From the human T2T-CHM13v2.0 reference genome, Homo sapiens, in assembly GCF_009914755.1 (NCBI RefSeq), contig NC_060937.1: a stretch of 64,000 nucleotides of DNA; one strand, given 5' to 3'. Of this stretch, positions 56,341 to 64,000 are shown in pieces. The notes beneath the pieces are model-generated. The model saw only the letters and a list, made by a program, of their open reading frames with translations, had not been told where the DNA came from and did no database searches. The number at the start of each line of letters is the position of its first letter. Positions within the stretch are counted from its first letter, which is position 1. The position numbers were made by a program, and so were the translations under genes.

Positions 56341-58303
56341 CTGGGGAGCCAATCTGAACCTGACAAATAGTCTGGGCCTCACAAAAGAAAGGAGAAAGGT
56401 GGGAGCCTCACTAAGAATTTCATGCCGGGCTCCTCTTGGCACATTATTTTGTTTGTTCCTGACGGCCACCCTCCAAGGCAGCTATTAGTATTATCATTTA
56501 TGTAGGAAACTGAGTGCCAGTATTACAAGGGTAGAAAGTGACTGAGCTGGGTTTCAGCCAAGGCCTATCTGCCTCTAGATCCTGGCAATTCCCACTACTG
56601 GCTGATACGTGCCTAATAGTTTATAACCAAAATTCTTGACATTTTCTCCACCTTTCAAGTCACAAGCTCCACCACATGAAGACAGAAATCACAATGGGAA
56701 ATTTCATTTGCTTGTCTACTCTTGAAGCTGCGTGAAATTTTAAACCATAGCTCTATTTTCCTGATGTCCTTAAATTACTATTCTTCCCAAGTTATTCATA
56801 TTTTACGTCTAGTATGAGGCTCAGACAGTAAAAGTGTGAATGCAATGCACCCATTTTACATGTATCATTCATTACTATGCTCGATTGGTGTGCCCTTTGC
56901 CGCACCACAGCATATTTAGAACAAAACAGATCAGTCGGTTGGGGGGATTCAGTAACACTCTACACTTGTATCCAGTCAATTGTTGATGGTAATCCAATCT
57001 TGGATGTGGTGAAAAGAGGGTGGGCTTAGGGTCTAAGTGAAATTGACTGCCAGTGTGTGACTCTGAATCATTTATTTATATCTCTGAGGTTTTCGTTCCC
57101 TTTTTTATAAAAATTTTATTAAATAAGTTTTCATTTTTCCGTAAAACTAAGACTGAAGGAAAGTCTGCCTTTCTTAAAGTCAGCAAGGTCTACTGATAAA
57201 GAAGATACCTTGTAATCTCTACTTTCATGACAGAAATCCAGGCCTAATCAATACTTTTTTCTATTATCACTGTAATTAAGGCATAAGGCTTTCCCTGATA
57301 TACAAATGATTAAACCTCTCAATAAACAACTTCACATAGGTCTGGCTCTGCTGATTACTTTATCATTGCCTTCTGCAATAGCCACTATTGCCATCTACAG
57401 CTTGGGCTCCTCTCCATAAATAGAGTACAATTAACAAATGCATTATTGTCATCTTGTTTGTATAAATGTTGTTGTGAACAATAGCCATTTATTATCTAAG
57501 ATGTCACCTTTTGGCTTTCACAAACTAACATTTCATGAATTCATAGACCATGCACAGTCTTTCAGGCAGAATTAATCAAATATCTCTTTGGGACCCTAAT
57601 AGATTTTGGGGGCATAATTCTGTTATGTTTGTGTCATCTTTGCACGTTCAATGCCAAGTATAATGCCTGGCATATAATAGGTTCCACAACAGATAATAGT
57701 TGATCCTTGATGGAAATCACTCAGTTTATTTCGTTTTGTTCCTGAAAAAATAAACACTGCAAACACTGGTCTTTCCAGAGTCTCACCGGATAAATATCTG
57801 TGTCCTCCACCAAATGGCCCATGAATTAGCACATCAGAGTGAAGAGAAAGGATTAGGGACTAGAAGAACTAGTAGATGATACTAATCAAGCTTCAGACTT
57901 ATTGAATTAATTTAGATCAAAGGCTGACTAATCCTTGTCATTTAGCCCATTTTCTAATATTTGAGCATTTAATCTTTTGGGGAGATCTTCTTTGGAGGAA
58001 TACATTCATTCAATAGATTGAATATTTATGGATCAGATATTGTTTCAGGTTCTAGAGGCTCAAAAATGTCTAAGATATTATCTCTGTCTTTAAGGCTATC
58101 ACAGGTTAATGGGTAATGTACACAGAGTTAAAATGCAGTGCAAATGCATAGAAACATGTCCAAGGAATAATACGGGCATAAATGAGAAGTTATTGGCTTT
58201 TATTTCCTGAGCCTAGGAATGTGTAGCAAAGAAGCTTCAAAGTGGTCTAAAGAATGAGTAGGAATTTTCCAGCCAGTACAAAATAGCATAATAAGCTTAG
58301 GGA

Positions 58304-58600
<297 letters not shown>

Positions 58601-59553
58601 TCAGGAGTTTTAATAGCTTCATATGGTTGGAACACAGGATGCTTGGAGAGGGCAGGGGATTACGCAGCACATTGGGTCAGGGATCAGATGATAGGGAGCC
58701 CTCTGTACCTGTTGAGTTTTGACTTGGACCTTTTGGTCAGAAGTTCTCAACAGTCCTGAGAAATACAGGATACTACTTGGCTCACATCCCAATTAGTACG
58801 AATGGGTCATCCAGAGTGATTAATCCCCTTTGCATATGTGATTTTGGTTTGGCCTTTTGCCCTGAGAATTTCAACCTTGGCTGTATATTAGAATCCTATA
58901 GTGGGAACTTTTGAAAAATACATATTTGTTCTTCTCCTCTATGTCACCCCTCTAATCAGCTTACTGAACACAGCCCAGCAGTAATCCCTAAACTCATGTT
59001 TAGGGACTTCTGAAGTGGGGAGACATTGACAGGTGTTAAACAGGGTTAAAACATCAAAGTAAATGTACCTTTATGTCATTTTATAAATGACACTCTGGAA
59101 AGGTCAGATTGATCACTGTGGGGAGGATGTTTGGGAAGGGAGATAAAGGGCACAAATGACCAATGGCAGGGATTCTTCAAATCACTGAAGTAGTTAGAGC
59201 CAGGTATAAAAAGAATATGAGCTAAGTCAGTGGGGGTGTAAAGGAGGAGCTAGAAATGGATAGCATTATAACTATAGAATCCATAAGACAGGTTGCATGA
59301 AACTGAATGAGTAAAGCGATGAACACTAAAGAGTTTAGAATGATTCTAGATTCTGGCTGGGGTTTCTGGAAAAGGAAAGAGATAAATTCCAGGAGGTTTG
59401 GAGAAAGAAAAGCAACAAACTCAACTTGGGACATGATTAGAACTTGAGATGATTGTGGTTTATTCAAGATTTTATGTCTTGCAGGCAGATTTATATCCCA
59501 GCCTGGAGCTCAGGAAGAAGGTCTGGGCTGAGGATAGGGATTTGGGACGTATC

Positions 59554-59959
59554 TGTTGGGAAAAAGCTGAGGGTTGGGAGGGAAACTGAGGCAGGGCTTG
59601 CATAATGTCTTCTGGAATGTGTCTAGACTTGCTGGCTCCTTGCTTATGGCCCTCCTAGGCTCCTAGGCTCCTATTCCCATTATCTCAAGTAGCAGAACAT
59701 GTTCCATATAAATGCTAAACCATCACAGCTGTAAATCATGTGCTTAATGCAACATGTCCTTTTGACCTCCACATTCTCACCACCTGTTTCTTTGTTGGAT
59801 TACCAATAAATACCGTGGGCTCCCAGAGCTCTGGGCCTTCACAGACTCCATGATAGTGATGGCCCACCTTTTTCTCTTTCACTGTCTTTTCCTCAATCCT
59901 TTGACTCTGCCAGACTTTGTCACCCCAATGACCTGGTATTGGGTCTGATCACCCCAACA
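59554..59959 (+). mobile_element. Solo LTR, probably ERVK class (LTR14-like)
   Basis: TGTTGGG...CCCCAACA inverted termini, TATA-like atataaa at ~59706, AATAAA at ~59805; subfamily uncertain. Confidence 0.7.
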
Positions 59960-62039
59960 ACATCTTTGTTTAGGTAGAAGTCAGAAGTTAAGTCAGTAGG
60001 TGAGATTGCTCAGAAAGCAGAGACAGTAACAGAATACTAAGAAGTGTAAGCCTAAAAGCACTAAGTTTTAAGATGAGGGTTAAAAGAAAGTGTTAGCAAA
60101 GAAGACTGAGGGAGCAGCCACAGAGATGGCAGGAAACCCAGGGAAGACAAGCATGATAGAAGTTACCAAAGCCAGAAAAAAATTTCAAAAAGAAGATGCG
60201 GCAAGCGTAGAAACATTTCTAAGACAGACCAAAGAATGAAATGAACATTGAGGAGGTCCTCAGTAATTATGGTAAAGGCAAATTCAATCTAGCAACTAGG
60301 AAAATTGAAGTCAATTTTGTGTGTGTTGAGAAATTTATTGTGGTGAAGGAGAGATAAGAAGTATAATAATTTTTCAAGAAGCTTGCCTGAGGAGGAGATA
60401 AATGGGGTGTCAGCTTGCTAGAAAAGGATGAGTGGTTGAATGCACAGATGTGTCTGCTTTTGAGATTGGAGAGAAATGGCAAAACTTGCTGAGTGGAAGA
60501 TAGAGTTTAACAATTGGAAAGTATAGTTGACACAAGAAGGGATGAGAGTCTACAGAATGAGTGGGGCTTTCTCTAGTTTTCTTTATGCTCTAAGCTGCTC
60601 CCACTGAGTTGGGAAAGTAAGAAAGTGCATATGAGAGAGGAAATGGAAATACCTCTCCCATACCTTCCTACCTTAATCATTAGAATAACACCTTTCCTTT
60701 TTTACCACACCAAAACTTTGAAGATAAGTATATTTAGGCACAGGGATTTTTATGGCATAAAAATATCACAAATATTAGTTGTGATTAGTAAAATCCTCTC
60801 ACTCAAACTGCACAAAATCACATCAACTTGACTTCAAAAACAGGGTAAAAGCAATTGTTCATTTAATTATCTTAAAACTCAACTTTAGGTGTTTTGTTGT
60901 TGTTGTTGCTTTGCAAAAATTGGCAATTATCAGCTCCTGAACAAAAGAGCTCCTCCCACGATGCCTGAAAATACTAATTTAGGTACATTGAAAGGGGGAA
61001 AGTCTGTCCATGTATTATTCAGTTCATTAGTCAAGTAGAGCTAAAGCGGTTAATATTTGGTCCAATTCTCCATCTTTCTCTTATTTTTCAAGTGAGGAGA
61101 CTGATCATTATTGAGAAAATGTGCTCACACTGTGTGAATGTTTTTATTTTATGCGTCTTCAGAGTCTGATAAGGGCACTATGCATTTAGGGTTTTATTTT
61201 TTAAAAATAGTACCTTTCCTTAGTGTACAGTTATTCAGAAACCTCTGTTGGTTTCATTTTTGAAGTTGTAATGGCATTCACACAAAGCATGGAAAACATA
61301 AATAGCATATAATGATGGAAAGGACTCATCACAGGAAACCAAGATTTAACCTCAGTGGAAATTACATAGGGGAAAAAAGAGCAGTATTTTGTCTCAGACA
61401 GACCTAAATTGAGATTACAACTGTGATACCAGCTGTCTCAGGGCAAGTTTCTTAGCCCCTACAAACATTACTTGTTAAATGCTGATAGGCCCTTTCTGTT
61501 GGGCAGGAATTTCTGCGGAAGCTATCTTAGGTTAGTTTACAGCTATAGTTCCTAAGCCCTCACCAAAGCCACAGAATGAAAGAAAAAGTTTATCTTTCCC
61601 AGGTCTCCAAAACTGCCAAAATTATGTTTTTACCCTAGAGATTAGAACAGAGCCAAACTCGAGAAAAAGTAACCTTTAATGGACTGTGAGAGTAATCACT
61701 GACAGGACAATGAGGAACAGGGGTAGAAATCGAGGAAAGGAAGGCAGCACACCTGATGACACGGGCACACCGGGGCTGGGTGAGAGCTCTGATTTTGTTT
61801 AGTTTCTATGATTTGAAACTAAACAAACTAAACTTCAGTCTCTTTTTCTACAACCCTGTTGACTGGAAAGGTACACAGATTCTACAAGCACAAGGCCCTG
61901 TAGACTTAGGCAAGTTTAAACCTAATAGATGAAATGGCCAGCTTTGCAGAGCAAAATATCAAAGGGAGTGAGCCAAATAAGAGCAACCAGTGGGGAAAAA
62001 TCTGAAGGCCATAGAGATGAGAATAGGAACTTCCCACTC

Positions 62040-63075
62040 CATCATCAATGTTCATTCTGATGTTCTTCTTTAATATGTGCTACACTCTACCCATGGCCTC
62101 TTTTTCATTCCCAATATTACTTATTTGTGATTTCCTTTATTTAAAAATAATCAATACTGCCAGAGGTTATCCATTTGTCTTTCCAAAAAACTAGTTTTGG
62201 CCTTTGTTGATTCTTTCTGTAATCTGTTGCTTTCTATTTTATTAATTTTGGCCCTTTTTCTTTCTTTCTAGTCTTTTTGGGTTTATTCTGTTATTTTTCT
62301 AACTTCTTAAGTACGTGCTTAGTTCATTTTTTAAAAATTCTTTTTATTTTGTAATTTTATAAATTTTCTAAGTACCTCTTTAGTTAGGCCATCCAGGTTT
62401 TGAGTATCGTATCTTAATTGTAATCGAGCTCCAAATACTTTATTTCCATAAAAATTTGTCTTTGAAGTTTGTTACTAAATTTATAAATTATGATGAATTA
62501 TATTTATCTTTGCATTACTGTTTTCTAACTTAATTGCATAGTGGACAGAGAAGATAGTATGTTTGATACAGACCATCTAGTATGTTGAAACTTGCCTTGT
62601 AACTAAGTGCATGGTCAATTTTGAAATGCCTCATTTATGCATGAAAAGAATGAGTCTTCTCTAATTGTTGTCATTCTCTAATTGTTGTAGATAAAACTAC
62701 CTAGTTCTCTAATTGTTGTAGATAAAACTACCTAACTGTATTATTTGAATTTTCTATATTCTTAAAAAATTTTGCTACCCATGAGTTAATTAGTGGCAGA
62801 AATGTGAGTTCATTGATTTTCTTTGGAATGTTATCAATTTCTGTTTTATATATTTTGAGGCTATGTCATCAAGTACATAGAAGTTTAGCATTATTATTTT
62901 TATGGTTAGTGAATTGTTTTTCTGGCCACATGGTTAAGTTTTTTATTCTTAATAATGCTTTTTGCTTTAAAGTTTCTGGTTTCTGAAATAAGACTCTCTG
63001 CCAGCTTTTTTTTGATAAGTATTCTTTGGTGTATTTTATTCTATCTTTGTATTTTTCAACCTGGGTTCTTGAATG
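62040..63075 (-). mobile_element. Old L1M fragment
   Basis: tctttccaaaaaactagtttt...ttctaacttaattgcatagtgg antisense ORF2. Confidence 0.65.
62657..62734 (+). repeat. 31-bp tandem duplication plus partial copy
   Basis: ttctctaattgttgtagataaaactaccta twice, preceded by a 15-bp partial copy. Confidence 0.92.
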
Positions 63076-63119
63076 TTAGCTGTTTCTCTCTCTCTCTCTT
63101 TCTGATTTACCAACGTACT

Positions 63120-63491
63120 TGTATTAGTCCATTCTCATGATGCTAATAAAGACATACATGAGACTGGGTTATTTATAAAGGAAAGAGGTTTAATTGACTC
63201 GCAGTTTAGCATGGCTGGGGGAAGGCCTCAGGAAACTTAAAATCATGGCAGAAGCGGGGAAGCAAACACGTGCTTCACATGGTGGCAGCAGGGAGAAGTG
63301 CCAAGCAAAAGGGGGAAAAGCCCCTTATAAACCATCAGATCTCATGAGAACTCACTGTCATGAACAGCAGCATGGGGGTAACTGCCCCCATGATTCAATT
63401 TCCTCCCAGCGGGTCCCTCCCATGACACATGGGATTAAGGAAACTACAATTCAAGAAGAGATTTGGGTTAGGACCCAGCCAAACCATATCA
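63120..63491 (-). mobile_element. THE1C-like (MaLR) solo LTR
   Basis: tgtattagtcc...aaaccatatca; TSD gtact/atact. Confidence 0.9.
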
Positions 63492-64000
63492 ATACTTTAT
63501 TGTCATTCTATGTTATACCTTATGTATGACTGTTTTGTAGAACATAAAGTCTAGGTATCCTGTCAGAATATCACATCTTACGTATAACTTATTTCAAAGC
63601 TTACTGCACCACCAAAAAGCTACGGTTTATTTACATAAACAGTATAAAATTAAGGTAAGAAACTCACATACATTAAAGCATGGACATCAATGCTTCTGCA
63701 TAGTTAGTATCAAAACACCAAAGGCCATGTAAGGAATCCCCATTTGCCTTCGTCCCAAGATCATATTTCCTTTCATTGTGAGTGTCTCTTGTGTGGTTCT
63801 TGGTGAATCAGATCATCTTCTGTGTCTTCTTAGAAGTTAACTTTAAAATCTTCAAAAAGAAATTGAGTTTTTCCCGGTGAACATGATGGGTTTCCTTTGT
63901 AATTGAGTATTAACAAAGTGAAGGCACTTACTTGTATTTTGACTTCATTTTACATCTTAAAGCCTGTTTCAGATTTGATGTCCACACATTATGCTCACCT

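Noticed and set aside
61495-61800. Possible old LTR16/MLT-like fragment
   Set aside because: Similarity too weak to call by eye

Overview
Primate, almost certainly human (chr13q13 from recall), genomic DNA. The first ~16 kb hold a head-to-head gene pair on one CpG island: PROSER1 (minus strand; first coding exon MDKKSFEMVLDEIRK and part of intron 1) and the complete 7-exon NHLRC3 gene (plus strand; 1044-nt spliced CDS, 347 aa, signal peptide plus NHL beta-propeller). The remaining ~48 kb show no recognisable gene and are mostly nested transposons: two divergent near-full-length old L1PA elements, older L1M/L2/MIR/CR1, Alus, solo LTRs (MLT2A, MSTA, THE1, LTR33-like, ERVK-like) and DNA transposons. 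The most unusual feature is a ~6.1-kb MER41 endogenous retrovirus copy with R-U5-internal-U3-R-(A) structure, a 13-bp TSD and a TT/AAAA site. This looks like an L1-made processed retrocopy of ERV RNA rather than a provirus. Other points of interest are PAL-like Zn ligands in NHLRC3, a weak donor followed by a UG array and cryptic donors, and an orphan TSD-flanked insertion. Repeat subfamily names come from recalled consensus sequences and need RepeatMasker/Dfam confirmation. I see no convincing wholly new gene system.
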